Position numbers and translations under genes: made by a program
Assembly: GCA_003151735.1 (NCBI GenBank)
Contig: PLYI01000118.1
Coordinates: 77,030 to 141,029 of the forward strand
DNA: 64,000 nucleotides
Source: Candidatus Bathyarchaeota archaeon
GTDB lineage: Archaea; Thermoproteota; Bathyarchaeia; Bathyarchaeales; Bathycorpusculaceae
Direction: 5' to 3'
Part shown: in pieces, positions 49,894 through 60,781 of the stretch
Layout: the number at the start of each line of letters is the position of its first letter
How positions within the stretch are numbered: position 1 is the stretch's first letter
The notes under the pieces: generated by a model
Told to the model about the DNA's origin: nothing
Database searches by the model: none
The model's input: only the letters and a program-made list of their open reading frames with translations

Positions 49894-51234
49894 CTATTGT
49901 CCAATTACTCTCACATTTTCAACTTGAAGCCAAGGCGAAATCAACTGCCCCATCTGCCGCTCATTACCGCCGACAACGCTGATGTTTTTGATCAACTCAA
50001 AAATATTGCCCGCCAACATAACGCCCCTAGAGCAATGCGTGATTTCTCCGTTCTTGATTTTCCAAGCGGGCGTTGCCACAACTGAGAATTCGCCGCTGAC
50101 AGGGTTGCTGCTGTGGGCACCCTGCAAGTAATATACTATTAAGCCGTCGTTCACTTCGTTTATCATTTCGTCTGAGGTTTTGTTTCCGGGCATGATGTGA
50201 AAGTTTGTTGTGTCAATGTCCGGGGTTGAAAGGTACCCAGCTCTTGAAGCATTTCCTGTGCTTTCTTTGCCATCTTTCTTAGCTGAATAATTATCATAAA
50301 GGAAATTGAGCAGCACACCTTTTTCTATAACCGCTGTTTTCTGGTGTGGCACGCCTTCGCCGTCAAAAATCCCTGTGCGCAATCCGCCTGCAAACAATCC
50401 GTCATCATAAATCGTTAGGTTTTCTGAAGCGACTTCTTCCCCGATTTTTCCTTTAAACCGCGACTGGCCCCTCTGGACGCTGTCAGCTCTGATGGCGTTG
50501 ATTAATGTGTAAGCTAAAAGCTCCTGCAGTGCAAATTGTGTGAGGATTACTTTGCCGGATTTGGTATCAACTGGCTTGGTTTTTAGGGCTGACACAGCCA
50601 TTTTCGCTGCTTCTTTTCCAACCCAAGCGGGATTAAGCTCGTAGTTTCTTGCAGCGTTAAACTCGAAGCATACTGGAGTGACTGAGTTGGCTTCTTTTGC
50701 CAGCGTTGCCACGCTGCACTCAATTACCGTTCCCATGTCAAAGCCTGTTATGCCGTTTGAGTTGGCGATGGCGTCAGAAATGTAACCGCTCCCTACGCCG
50801 CCTTCGATTGGGAAAACACGTTTATCTACTTCTCCAGCCGCATCCAGCATTGTTGAGGCAATGTTAACAAGGTCTTCCGAGCTTAAGTTGACGATTTTTT
50901 TGTCAAAAGTTTTTTCAGTCGTGGCGTAAGGTTTCTTTTGTGGGAGCCCGTTCCACTCGGGGTCAGGTTTGCTTGCTCTTGCCGCACTCAATGCACCAGT
51001 AACAGCTTTTTCGACCGCTTTCGCGTCATCTAGGATGTTTGTATAGGCAAACCCAATTGCCCTGTTAGCGGCCACTCTAACACCTAAGCCGCGGTCAATT
51101 ATTCTGTTGGTTTTGCTGATTTGGCCCAGTTCAATACCTATGTTTGAGGCTTGCCCCTCGTAAACATATGCTTCAGCTTCTGCCGCTCCCTTCTTTAGAG
51201 CAGCCTCTACAGCTTTTTCTGCTAAACTTATCAT
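49894..51234 (-). CDS. TldD/PmbA family protein (PmbA-like)
   Basis: FDGEGVP, STGNASR, SGEFS; no HExxxH; likely start MISLAEK. Confidence 0.9.
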   Translation of the reverse strand: MISLAEKAVEAALKKGAAEAEAYVYEGQASNIGIELGQISKTNRIIDRGLGVRVAANRAIGFAYTNILDDAKAVEKAVTGALSAARASKPDPEWNGLPQKKPYATTEKTFDKKIVNLSSEDLVNIASTMLDAAGEVDKRVFPIEGGVGSGYISDAIANSNGITGFDMGTVIECSVATLAKEANSVTPVCFEFNAARNYELNPAWVGKEAAKMAVSALKTKPVDTKSGKVILTQFALQELLAYTLINAIRADSVQRGQSRFKGKIGEEVASENLTIYDDGLFAGGLRTGIFDGEGVPHQKTAVIEKGVLLNFLYDNYSAKKDGKESTGNASRAGYLSTPDIDTTNFHIMPGNKTSDEMINEVNDGLIVYYLQGAHSSNPVSGEFSVVATPAWKIKNGEITHCSRGVMLAGNIFELIKNISVVGGNERQMGQLISPWLQVENVRVIGQ

Positions 51235-51244
51235 AATGTTTTTT

Positions 51245-52630
51245 TCAAGCACTGCCACCGACAACCACCTTGCTAATTCTAATATGAGGTCCGCCATCGC
51301 TGATAAAAGCTGTCTGGCCCTTGCCGCACCGCCCCGGATCCAACATGAAATCCTTGCCAACTCCACTGACTTGGTGGAGGGTTTCAAGGGTGTTGCCGCT
51401 TATGGACGCGTTGCGGACAGGTCCGCCGACTTCGCCATTCTCTATTTCGTAGCCTTCTTGGATTCCCACTTGGAAAGTGCCGTCAAGGTTAGCTTGTCCG
51501 CCCCTAAAACTCTTAAAATAATAACCCGACTTCACATTCTTGATTAATTCTTCGAAGGTTTGGTCTCTTGGCGCCATGTAAGTGCATCGCATCCGAATGA
51601 TTGGTTCCACGCGGAAGTCCTCCGCCCTCGCGTTTCCTGTGGGTTGCGCGTTGAATTTCTGTGCGGTTTCACGGTTATGCATCAAGCCTGTTACGACGCC
51701 GTCTTTTATGAGCAGTGTCTTTTGGCTTTCAACGCCTTCGTCGTCGTATTTGAATGCGCCAAACGCGCCTTTAATGGTGCCATCGTCGTAGAAAGTCACT
51801 AGGTCAGAGCCGATTTTTTTGCCAAAATTATTCGCCAACACACCACCTGACAAAGCCAAATCTGCCTCAGCTAAATGCCCAAACGCCTCATGCACAAACA
51901 CCCCTACAACGTTAGGACCCAAAACAACAGGGAACTTTCCACCTCTTGGAGACTTAGCGTTTAGCTGTTCAATGGCAAGTTTAGCCACCTTCTCACCCAG
52001 CGCTTCTGGGGTTTGCTGGTCGAACAGCTCGTAACCAGCGGTAGAGCCGATTTCTTCGCGGCTAAACGTGAAGACGCCCTCGCTCTGGGCTGAAGCAGTT
52101 ATTCTTGCCCAAACATACAACTTATCCTGCTCAATGCTTGATCCGTCGCTATTCACAAAAAAACTTGAGCCAGTTAAATCAAGATAATCCACTGAGCAAC
52201 TTTTAATTCGCTTATCGACGTCCAAACTTGCGCTATTCACTGTCAAAGCAGTTTTTATTTTATCCTCCATCAAAATGTCGGCGGGGTTCTTTTTTGGTTT
52301 CGATATGACCCGGTCGTTAATGACCTTGGCAGCTGCAAGCTTAATGGGCTTTTTTAGCCTTGCGCTTGCCAATTTCGCCATCCTGCACGCATCAGAAACA
52401 GCAGCCTCCAAAATAGCTGTATCCAACGAGCCCACGGAAGCAAAACCCCATGCCCCATTTACCAGCACGCGGATGGCAACGCCGTTTTCTATGCCTTGTT
52501 TGGCGGCTTCTACGCGTTCCTCTTTTAGGGTTAGGGCTGTTTTGTAGAGTTTTTGTGCTCGGGCTTCGGCGTATTGGGCTCCGAACTTCTGGGTGGCTGT
52601 GTTGTTGATTTTGGTTAAAAGGTCTTTCAA
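51245..52630 (-). CDS. TldD/PmbA family metalloprotease (TldD-like)
   Basis: HEAFGH, YDDEG, TGNARA, CGKGQ. Confidence 0.93.
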   Translation of the reverse strand: MKDLLTKINNTATQKFGAQYAEARAQKLYKTALTLKEERVEAAKQGIENGVAIRVLVNGAWGFASVGSLDTAILEAAVSDACRMAKLASARLKKPIKLAAAKVINDRVISKPKKNPADILMEDKIKTALTVNSASLDVDKRIKSCSVDYLDLTGSSFFVNSDGSSIEQDKLYVWARITASAQSEGVFTFSREEIGSTAGYELFDQQTPEALGEKVAKLAIEQLNAKSPRGGKFPVVLGPNVVGVFVHEAFGHLAEADLALSGGVLANNFGKKIGSDLVTFYDDGTIKGAFGAFKYDDEGVESQKTLLIKDGVVTGLMHNRETAQKFNAQPTGNARAEDFRVEPIIRMRCTYMAPRDQTFEELIKNVKSGYYFKSFRGGQANLDGTFQVGIQEGYEIENGEVGGPVRNASISGNTLETLHQVSGVGKDFMLDPGRCGKGQTAFISDGGPHIRISKVVVGGSA

Positions 52631-52700
52631 GGGTAATCTTTCCTTTTCAAACTAGAATTGTTTGTAGGAATTAAACGATTTGTTTCTGGAAAATTGGGTT

Positions 52701-53999
52701 TCACCAGAAGTCAGTCATACTCTTCTGCCTAACTGTTGGCTGAATTAGTTTGGGCTTGAATTTAACTGGCGCCGGCGTATCAGCTCCTAAAACCAGTTGT
52801 CCATAGACGCCGTCGTATCCAGGCGTAACCTTAGCGGTGCCATCCCTAACCTTCACGATAGCTTGAGCAATCGGCGCATCCACCACCTGAGTCAACGCAT
52901 CTAGGGGTGCATCAATCAGCACATTGTATTCGTCGCCGAATTTCTCGGTTAGCACATTATAGTTTTTCCAAACCGCCTGCGTTGAAGGCGAACCAGCCCC
53001 AAGCACCGTCGCTATGATTTCGGAGAGCGGAAGTAAACGCAAAAACCCAGGTGATTTTTCACGGGTAAAGTTAGCTGGTCGGTCGGCGAGTTCTTCGACG
53101 CGCTGCTCGACGCCTTTGGTGAGTTTTCTACGGCAAACAGGGCAAATGTTACCGAATTTTATGGCTTCAGAGGGTGAGAGTGAGACTTTGCAGTTACGGT
53201 GCCCTGTCCAATGGTACTTGCCGTAGGCAGGGTCAGTTTCAATGGTAAACTTGAACCGCGACGAATCATTAGCCATTATTGCATCGGTAACTTCTTTGTA
53301 GCTGAATTTTTCCAGTTCGAAAACGTTGGCTTCCCTGCCAATGCGCCATGGCCAGAAACTATGGCAGTCACTGTTCGAAACCAACGCGTATTTGTCGAGT
53401 TTGCTCAGTCGCCAGTTCATAGCTGGGTCAGACGACAAACCCGTTTCCAAAGCATGGATGTGTTTGGTCATGTCTTGGTAGCAGTCTTCAACGGTGTTAA
53501 AGCCGCTAAAGGCGCCGAAGATGCTGAACCACGGTGTCCAAGCATGCGCTGGAAAAACCATGTTGTCGCTACAAACCTCCATTACTTGCTCGACCAGTTG
53601 TGATGCTGGGAGATTTAGGATAGGTCTGCCGTCTGACCTTAAACTCCCGAAACTCTGAAGTCGCTCATTGATTTGTTCGGCGGTTTCAAGCCACGGAGTA
53701 AGTATGACATGGTGCACTTTTTTTGATTCTCCCTTATAGTCGAAGATGGTGCAGACTTCAGTTTGAAGCATAAACCGTACAGGAGAATCTGCGTTGATTA
53801 ACTTGAAAAGTCCCGAATCATCTTCAGGTATGAGTGTTTCATTGATTTCTTTTAGCCATTGGGGATGGGTGAAGTCGCCTGTGCCGACGAGGTTTAAGCC
53901 TTTGATTTTTGCGTATTTGGCGATTTCTGTTATGCTCATTTGTTCGCTTGTGGCTCGGCTGTATTTGCCGTGAATGTGCAGGTCGGCGATTACTCGGAT
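52701..53999 (-). CDS. Endonuclease Q family protein (PHP domain + zinc finger), apparent ATC start
   Basis: RVIADLHIHGKYSRATS in frame upstream of the called ATG; GTGDFTHP, PAHAWTPW, ETGLSSD, SNSDCHS, GKYH, CPVC. Confidence 0.88.
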   Translation of the reverse strand: MRVIADLHIHGKYSRATSEQMSITEIAKYAKIKGLNLVGTGDFTHPQWLKEINETLIPEDDSGLFKLINADSPVRFMLQTEVCTIFDYKGESKKVHHVILTPWLETAEQINERLQSFGSLRSDGRPILNLPASQLVEQVMEVCSDNMVFPAHAWTPWFSIFGAFSGFNTVEDCYQDMTKHIHALETGLSSDPAMNWRLSKLDKYALVSNSDCHSFWPWRIGREANVFELEKFSYKEVTDAIMANDSSRFKFTIETDPAYGKYHWTGHRNCKVSLSPSEAIKFGNICPVCRRKLTKGVEQRVEELADRPANFTREKSPGFLRLLPLSEIIATVLGAGSPSTQAVWKNYNVLTEKFGDEYNVLIDAPLDALTQVVDAPIAQAIVKVRDGTAKVTPGYDGVYGQLVLGADTPAPVKFKPKLIQPTVRQKSMTDFW

Positions 54000-54327
54000 T
54001 TAAAACACATCCTTTATTATTCTCAAAGCCGTCTTACAACCTCTTCTTTTTTGAAGAAGCTATTTCCATTCCTATTTAAAAGTTTTCAGATCCTCTTTCA
54101 TTATCAGTTTGAAAACACCAAAAGTCCGCCTTGTAGAGCAATTGGTAGAAAGATCAATGAATCCAATTGTTAGAAGCATTACCGCAAATTATAAGTGAAG
54201 TTCTCTGAAATAGTAATCTAATACTAACGTTAATGGAGACGCTCTAACGGTTTTCAAATGGACAAAAAGGAAAATTGGAATACTGGTACTTGTTTCTTTT
54301 TTAGTAACATTTCTTGCAATATCCTTC

Positions 54328-54906
54328 TTGCCTGAAAATTGGTTTGTTGCTGTCCCTCAACTGAGAAACACACAAGCTGGAACAGCTTACACTCACCTTT
54401 ACTCAGAGACTCCGCCAATTTCCTATCGTTTTGAAATAACTTTTACTGCAACCGGTACTTTTAGCGTTAACAATCCAGTGCATGTAAAAGTAGTCCTTAG
54501 GGATTTGAACATAACAAATTTTTTGGATTATTTCTGCGGTGTATCCTTCACACACGCTTATTCTTATCCAACAGAATTTACCGAAGACAGTCCAATGAAC
54601 AATGTAATAATTTACTTAAAGAATACTGGTGATGGAACATATTCTGGTGAAGGAAATGTTGTTTGGTTAGTTGAAGGACCTACTTACATGGGTGAAGTAA
54701 TTAATAATCCAGTAGGACACGTTATTCCTTTTGACATGTTTACTCAAACTAACTCAGTCTTAACAATTTCCTCTGCTTCCGATACCCTATCAATACATTT
54801 CACGCAAAACACGGCAAGGCTATCTTGGCAAATTGGCTCATTCAGCATAATAGTTCTGGAGCCTGTGTTTGAAGCGATTCTTCTGAAAGAAAAAAAACCA
54901 ACGTAA
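54328..54906 (+). CDS. Hypothetical exported protein (start uncertain)
   Basis: Open frame extends upstream into a signal-like hydrophobic stretch with no canonical start. Confidence 0.45.
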   Translation: MPENWFVAVPQLRNTQAGTAYTHLYSETPPISYRFEITFTATGTFSVNNPVHVKVVLRDLNITNFLDYFCGVSFTHAYSYPTEFTEDSPMNNVIIYLKNTGDGTYSGEGNVVWLVEGPTYMGEVINNPVGHVIPFDMFTQTNSVLTISSASDTLSIHFTQNTARLSWQIGSFSIIVLEPVFEAILLKEKKPT

Positions 54907-55016
54907 ACACTTTTTGACCACATTAAAGAGCTTTCAGGACAAACCATACCTTTCCTTGTTCTTTCAGTTACTATTATTTACTTGTAGAGGTTATATTGGA
55001 AATCCTGTGTTGAGTT

Positions 55017-55700
55017 ATGGAGACTAAAGTAGTGGGTACAAATTCAATTGAAGATACCTCGGTTATAGTACCTACTTTCAATGAGGAAAAATGTATCCCG
55101 TTAACTTTAGAGCTTCTTATGAAGTTAGCCTTTAGAGAGATTATTGTTGCGGATGGGGGTTCTTTAGATGGGACTCCAGAAATTGCTGAGAGAAATGGAG
55201 CGCATGTTGTTATTGAAAAAGGTGGCGGTTATGGAGCCGCTGTCTTGAGAGGTCTGCATGAAGCCAAAGGAGCCTTTGTTGTAATTTTTGATGTAGGCTT
55301 CAATTATAATCCTAACGATATTAACAAGCTTGTCAACATTCTGAAGGAGAATGATGATGTTGGGATGGTTATTGGATCAAGAACTGTCCTTAAAAAGTCA
55401 TTCTTCTTAAAGTTCCTTAATATCACTTTTCGATTACTTTTTGGAAGGTCAACTACTGATGTTGATTCTTCCTTCATTGCCTTTCGAAAGAACGTAATGC
55501 TGGACATGAGACTTAGTTCTTCGGATTTCTCCCACCCTGTTGCAATCCGTATGAAATTACTTCGAAAGGGATACAAAATCGTTGAGGTCCCGGTTGAGTA
55601 CTATAAAGATCGGAATATGCCAAGAAAATACAAGGTAATTCAAGGTTTTATGGTTTTACGCAAAATTATAAGTTCGAGGTTTGACGATGATAGCAGTTGA
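55017..55700 (+). CDS. Glycosyltransferase family 2 (Dol-P-Man synthase-like)
   Basis: IVPTFNEE, VADGGSLDGT, GYGAA, VIGSR; DxD degenerate (DVG). Confidence 0.82.
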   Translation: METKVVGTNSIEDTSVIVPTFNEEKCIPLTLELLMKLAFREIIVADGGSLDGTPEIAERNGAHVVIEKGGGYGAAVLRGLHEAKGAFVVIFDVGFNYNPNDINKLVNILKENDDVGMVIGSRTVLKKSFFLKFLNITFRLLFGRSTTDVDSSFIAFRKNVMLDMRLSSSDFSHPVAIRMKLLRKGYKIVEVPVEYYKDRNMPRKYKVIQGFMVLRKIISSRFDDDSS

Positions 55701-56226
55701 GACTGTTGCTGCTCTCGGATACATAATCACTTTTGTCTTAGGATTGTCATCAGGGCTTGTTATCGAAACAATTAGGTTTGCGTACCTCAGAAAAAAAGAT
55801 AACTGGACTGACTTAAAAAATCCACTTCAGGACGTCTATGGTGTAATTCGAAATCTGCAAAATGATTGCGACCATGCTTTCAAAATTCAAAATCATAGTT
55901 CAAGTTCCGTTATGGACGAAGTTTTAAACAGAATCAATCAGAATCTGGGAAAGTACTTGGAATGGTTCAAGCCGTTTGAAGATCACCTCGGCATTAAAAA
56001 AGTGGATTCAATTGATGAGGTACTGGGTGCTACATTAATAGGAATTTCCAATTTTGCGCGTCTCTCGAAGCAGGACCAAAGATATGTTGAAAGCAGACTT
56101 GACAAGCTTCGAGAAATTACTGAAATATCAGAGAAGCGAATGGAAGAATTCATAAAAGCAAAAATGCCACTTAATGTGATATTTAGAAAGCGCAGATTAG
56201 AAAACTGGAGAAATTCACGGTTCTAA
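55681..56226 (+). CDS. Hypothetical protein with N-terminal TM
   Basis: 181-aa ORF overlapping the GT2 stop. Confidence 0.55.
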   Translation: MTMIAVETVAALGYIITFVLGLSSGLVIETIRFAYLRKKDNWTDLKNPLQDVYGVIRNLQNDCDHAFKIQNHSSSSVMDEVLNRINQNLGKYLEWFKPFEDHLGIKKVDSIDEVLGATLIGISNFARLSKQDQRYVESRLDKLREITEISEKRMEEFIKAKMPLNVIFRKRRLENWRNSRF

Positions 56227-56570
56227 ATTTTGGTATTCTAAGAAATTATTTATTCTTTAGGTTTGCATTTTTAAGTTGTCGCAAAGTCTTTTCATGTTTC
56301 CATAAATTCATTTGGGAAAAGAATTTTTGCCCTTCCTATAAAGGTGAACCAACAATGAGAAAATGGGCCACATGACCAAGGATTTATCAGGGTATATTGA
56401 AAGTCTTGGATACAAAACGATTGAATCTCACATGGTTTATATTCACAGTTCGTTGACCCGAGAAATAATGGTTTATGAAAAAGCGCGATGAGAGAATATT
56501 TAGACAAATTATGAATCCGTCCAGCTAGAACGGTATGATCACCAATTAGGCAAAAAGCTCTTATGTCATC

Positions 56571-57593
56571 TTGAAAGAAATGTTTACTTTGAAGAAGAAC
56601 AAAATGCTGCCTATTTTTGGAGCAAATGTGCCGAAGGGTGCTCTGGAAAAAATTCCATATATCAACTTTATCCCTAAAGATGGGCGAGTAATATCCCTCT
56701 TGCCATTCTTTGATGGAATAGCGGGGACTTTTAGGGTATTAGTTCCGCAAGATGATGGCAGTATCCTACTGGTTCCAGGTAAGCCTGTGCAAGGACCGTA
56801 CTATGCCATGACTATCGTTGAAGAGGGAAACGATCTGCATTCACAACTCATTGAGTATATCACTCTTTCATTGTCATTTCAGAGTACTGTGAACATTCTT
56901 GGTGGAATAGAACGAGACATCATAAACTGCAGCTCTGTGGTCGAAAAATATTTCATTTTCTTGAATCTGTTTCGATCTACGAAAGACCCAATGATTGCAA
57001 ATCTAGTATTGACTGATGTCGAATTCCTATTTGCTAATATTCGATCTCTTTATGATTCAATCCAAGTTATGATCGGAGACATCTTGGGAAAAGTAGACAA
57101 AACCAAGCCTCATCTTCCAGATAGTTTTTATGACATGGTAAAACTTGAAGAAACTGACCAGCTTAAAAAATACAGCCTTTCACAACCTCTCCGAAAATTT
57201 TATTCTGAAACTAAGGAATTCTTCCTAGCATGCAGGACCATAAGGACTGGTTTCCAACATAGACGAGTGGATATTCCAATTATACTTTGTTTAGACGAAG
57301 GATTCGCCTTGACGAAAGATAACACTTTCCTTAAAGACCCAGTTGTTGCAAGATTTAACATATGGCCTCAAGAAAAAAATAAAAACGGCTTAGTGTCATT
57401 GCTAGGTTTGATTGCATACCTTAACAAAACAGTGCTATGGCACATGGATCTTCTCACTGAAGCTCTGAAAGCCGCTATTCCTGCTCTTCCTTTGATTTCG
57501 AACGATTTTGGAGTCTTTTTCCGTGGACCTCACATTCAGCACTTAAATCTATCAAACAAGTATCAGATTGAGCAGTGGATACCGCCAAAATAA
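56571..57593 (+). CDS. Putative HEPN-domain protein
   Basis: Helical core FLFANIRSLYD and R-x4-H motif RTGFQH. Confidence 0.55.
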   Translation: MKEMFTLKKNKMLPIFGANVPKGALEKIPYINFIPKDGRVISLLPFFDGIAGTFRVLVPQDDGSILLVPGKPVQGPYYAMTIVEEGNDLHSQLIEYITLSLSFQSTVNILGGIERDIINCSSVVEKYFIFLNLFRSTKDPMIANLVLTDVEFLFANIRSLYDSIQVMIGDILGKVDKTKPHLPDSFYDMVKLEETDQLKKYSLSQPLRKFYSETKEFFLACRTIRTGFQHRRVDIPIILCLDEGFALTKDNTFLKDPVVARFNIWPQEKNKNGLVSLLGLIAYLNKTVLWHMDLLTEALKAAIPALPLISNDFGVFFRGPHIQHLNLSNKYQIEQWIPPK

Positions 57594-57691
57594 AGTGGCA
57601 AGCTGCGGAGAATTACCTAAGAAGAGAAGATTCACAAAATACACAATCAGCATTATCCGTCAATATCTGAACCTTCAATAAGTGCGTGCGG

Positions 57692-57856
57692 CTATACTGG
57701 TCTTAGTTGTCCTTTTTTGATTATTATGTTGCCTTTTTCGTCTTCAACATAAATTATGATGTCACCAATTTTCACATTTAGCTTCTTTTGTACTTGCCTA
57801 ATGACCGTTATTCTATTGTTTGGTTGTACTTTTGTGCTACCGATGACCTTGTCCAA
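57692..57856 (-). CDS. AbrB/MazE/SpoVT family DNA-binding protein (not in ORF track)
   Basis: MDKVIGSTKVQPNNRITVIRQVQKKLNVKIGDIIIYVEDEKGNIIIKKGQLRPV, TTG start. Confidence 0.8.
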   Translation of the reverse strand: MDKVIGSTKVQPNNRITVIRQVQKKLNVKIGDIIIYVEDEKGNIIIKKGQLRPV

Positions 57857-58024
57857 TATCCAGACCTGGTCATATACACTATGTCAATTGGTAGATAATG
57901 CTAAGTAGTAAAATGCCATAATGGTAATTTTAAATACTTGAAGCTATGAAAATAGAACTGTCTGACGTCGAAGCCCTCAGGCGGCGTATAATCAGTCATT
58001 CAGCAATTTAATGGAAAGAAACTC

Positions 58025-59310
58025 ATGCGCGTATGTATTCATCGTGGAAGCAAGCAAATTGGAGGCAGTTGTGTCGAGGTAGAAAGCCTTGGTCAGCGAC
58101 TGCTTATTGACTTGGGCCTCCCGTTGGATGCAGAAAATAATAGTATAGAGTATTTACCTGCTGTCGCCGGGTTAGATGGAAACGACTCATCGTTACTGGG
58201 TATCTTTATTTCCCATCCCCACCTAACCATTTTGGATTATTGGCGCATGTCTCTCCAAAAATTCCCGTCGGAATGGGACCTGCAGCTCGCCGAATCCTAA
58301 CTGTCGCCGCGCCTTTCTTGCCTGGTAACTGGCCTATTCCCGCAAACGGATGGGATTTCAAATCGGGACAAAGCTTTGAGGTAGGTCCTTTTCGCATAAC
58401 CCCCTTTCTAGTTGACCACGCGGCTTATGACGCCTATGCACTCTTAATCGAAAGCGAGGGAAAGCGCCTCTTCTATAGCGGTGATTTGCGTATTCATGGT
58501 CGCAAGGCGGTTTTGGTGGAGCGCCTAATTGAAAATCCTCCCAGGGATATAGATGTGCTACTTTTAGAGGGTTCTTCACTTGGAAGGCTCAAGGATGACC
58601 AGCAATTTCCGACAGAAGCCGAAATTGAGACACAACTTTTGCAAATCTTTTCTGCTACTGAAGGTTTGGCATTGGTTCACGCCTCAGCCCAAAATATAGA
58701 CCGTGTCGTCTCCATCATGCGAGCCTGTAAACGAACAGGAAGAAAACTGATTATCGACCTCTACACAGCAGCCATTCTAGAAGCAACCGGCAATCAAAAC
58801 ATTCCCCAATCCAGCTGGCCTGATGTCGCGTTGTTTGTTCCCCAAGCTCAACGTATCCAAATCAAACAAAACGCCTGGTTCGACTTGCTAAAACACCATG
58901 CAAAGAACCGCATTTTCATTGAAAATCTGCGAGAAGTCCAGAACAAGTCGGTTTTGCTTTTTCGACCTTTGTATTGCCGAGATCTTGAACGGGGTGACTG
59001 CCTGAAAGGAGCAGCTTACATTTATTCTCTATGGGAAGGCTATTGGGAACAGGGCTCATACAATAAGCTAAAAGAATGGTTAAAACGAAACTCGATCCCC
59101 AAGATCAGTATTCACACTTCTGGACATGCCAGCACCAAAGACTTAAAGAGAATCGCGGAAGCAATCCATCCCAAAATGGTGGTTTCAATCCATACTTTTC
59201 TTCCAGAGCGGTATAGCGAACTATTTCCTAATGTGCAGGTTCATTTTGACGGCGAATGGTGTTCGCTACTGTCAAAAACAAGACCTGAGTCGCATATATT
59301 CGCTTGTTGA
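58025..59310 (+). pseudogene. MBL-fold / beta-CASP (RNase J-like) hydrolase, frameshifted at 58225/58226, with a replaced C-terminus
   Basis: IHRGSKQIGG, SHPHL[D]H, VDHAAYD, YSGDLRIHG, HTSGHA. Confidence 0.85.
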
Positions 59311-60005
59311 AGATTAAGCTCAACTGTGCGTATTGCATCCCAGTCAGGATTGAGTTGTTCCAGTTTAGGGAAAACTTGGCTTAACCTTCTAGTAAGCTCC
59401 CCCAGGTGTTGTTCCGTTGTTTTCGTGTCCAGTTCAAGGCGCCATTTTGTTTTTTGCCTTAACTCTGCATCTTCGTGTAATACTCTGTTCCATTTCACCA
59501 TGTAATCGGCATTAGCTCGATGCATTGACCGTTGAATAAAACTATTTAGAATGTTGTCGGCGTCGTTCTTGTGTCGAGTCGCTTGAAATATAACGTAATT
59601 ACTCGCTTCCTGTATCAGAGACTTTTTGAAATAATCCTCAAGGTCATACTTCTTGAAAAGATTAAATTTGTTTAGAAGTGGAAGGAGATGGCCCCACTTC
59701 TCTGTGATATTTTCTATTTTCTCCCAATTTTTATTGGGGGCAGTGAAATAAGAGAAAGCTGTGCATAGACCTTTCAACGTTAAATAATAATCTTTTCTTT
59801 TTCTTTTATCGTCTGTTTTTTTCTTTTCTAAAAGACCTCTATGAGCTAATGCATTGAGTGCAGTGTTCGCTGTTTTTTCTGTTTCAAGTATCTTCTCTTT
59901 CTTGTGACTTAGGTAGTATGCGTATGTTGGACCATTTTTCAAGATATATAATAGGGCGAGTTTCTCGCTAGGAGATAGAGTGGGGGGTATGATTGTTTTA
60001 ACCAT
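59241..60005 (-). CDS. Winged-helix transcriptional regulator (putative repressor)
   Basis: LALLYILKNGPTYAYYL..ALNALAHRGLLEK..KDYYLTLKG. Confidence 0.75.
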   Translation of the reverse strand: MVKTIIPPTLSPSEKLALLYILKNGPTYAYYLSHKKEKILETEKTANTALNALAHRGLLEKKKTDDKRKRKDYYLTLKGLCTAFSYFTAPNKNWEKIENITEKWGHLLPLLNKFNLFKKYDLEDYFKKSLIQEASNYVIFQATRHKNDADNILNSFIQRSMHRANADYMVKWNRVLHEDAELRQKTKWRLELDTKTTEQHLGELTRRLSQVFPKLEQLNPDWDAIRTVELNLQQANICDSGLVFDSSEHHSPSK

Positions 60006-60023
60006 TTTTGCTTGCCTCCAAAT

Positions 60024-60064
60024 TACTTACCTCAAATATACTTACCTTAAGTAAGTATACTTAC
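60024..60064. promoter_or_regulatory. Operator-like cluster of TACTTAC/GTAAGTA repeats
   Basis: TACTTAC 60024, TATACTTAC-N5-GTAAGTATA 60037-60059, palindrome GTAAGTATACTTAC 60051-60064. Confidence 0.6.
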
Positions 60065-60106
60065 ATTATAACGGTAGTTATAAGAAGATATGTATATTTT
60101 AGTATT

Positions 60107-60286
60107 ATGCCATTATTAAGAAAAGTAACAACACATGGAGATAGCCGAGGCGTAACACTGCCTGCTTCATGGCTTGAAATTATCGAACGGGAAAGCGGCA
60201 CACCATTAAAAGAAGTATCCATGGACGTTGAGAGCTTCATAACAATAAAACCAGTTTTAGAAAACAAAAAGGAGCACCAGCCATGA
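60107..60286 (+). CDS. AbrB/MazE-like DNA-binding protein
   Basis: MPLLRKVTTHGDSRGVTLPASWL..ITIKP. Confidence 0.8.
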   Translation: MPLLRKVTTHGDSRGVTLPASWLEIIERESGTPLKEVSMDVESFITIKPVLENKKEHQP

Positions 60287-60387
60287 CCTTATCAGAAACC
60301 GAAATACGCGCCGCGGCTGCTGAGCTAAAGGCTATCCTCGAAGATACCCTGAGGCTGTTGGAACCTGAAAAAACAAAACGGAGCTGA
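60283..60387 (+). CDS. Tiny helical protein (34 aa)
   Basis: ATGA overlap with the AbrB gene, GGAG upstream; MTLSETEIRAAAAELKAILEDTLRLL. Confidence 0.5.
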   Translation: MTLSETEIRAAAAELKAILEDTLRLLEPEKTKRS

Positions 60388-60572
60388 TTTTTCGATTATG
60401 ACAGAGTTTTCCGCTGATTCTTTCTTGCTAACAAAAACAAAAGACGATTATTTTACAATTCCTAATCTGCGGTTACTCGTCAAGATAAACAAGCAACGGA
60501 AGCAGACTCAAAATAAAGGACTGATTCACCGATGATGGAACCACAAGTTACTCAGTCCAATGATTTAGATCG

Positions 60573-60696
60573 TTGCGATATAATAGCGCATAATCAAAGA
60601 CAGCGATATTATATCGCAATAACCCTAAAAAAAGCCCTAAACTCAAAAAGAACGATATATCTATCTATCTACTGCGATATAATATCTATCTATCTA
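60573..60696. repeat. Iteron/operator-like repeat region
   Basis: TGCGATATAATA at 60574 (+), 60607 (-) and 60673 (+); ATATCTATCTATCTA twice. Confidence 0.7.
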
Positions 60697-60781
60697 ACTA
60701 TATATCACAAAACGACTAACAAAACAACCTTTAACGGTTCTTTAGTTCCTGAAGAGTGTTCTTTTATGTGGAGATGTTCTT

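Noticed and set aside
56290-56500. Fragment ending IHSSLTREIMVYEK resembling a methyltransferase C-terminus
   Set aside because: Short, preceded by stops, and the similarity is too weak to support without a search.
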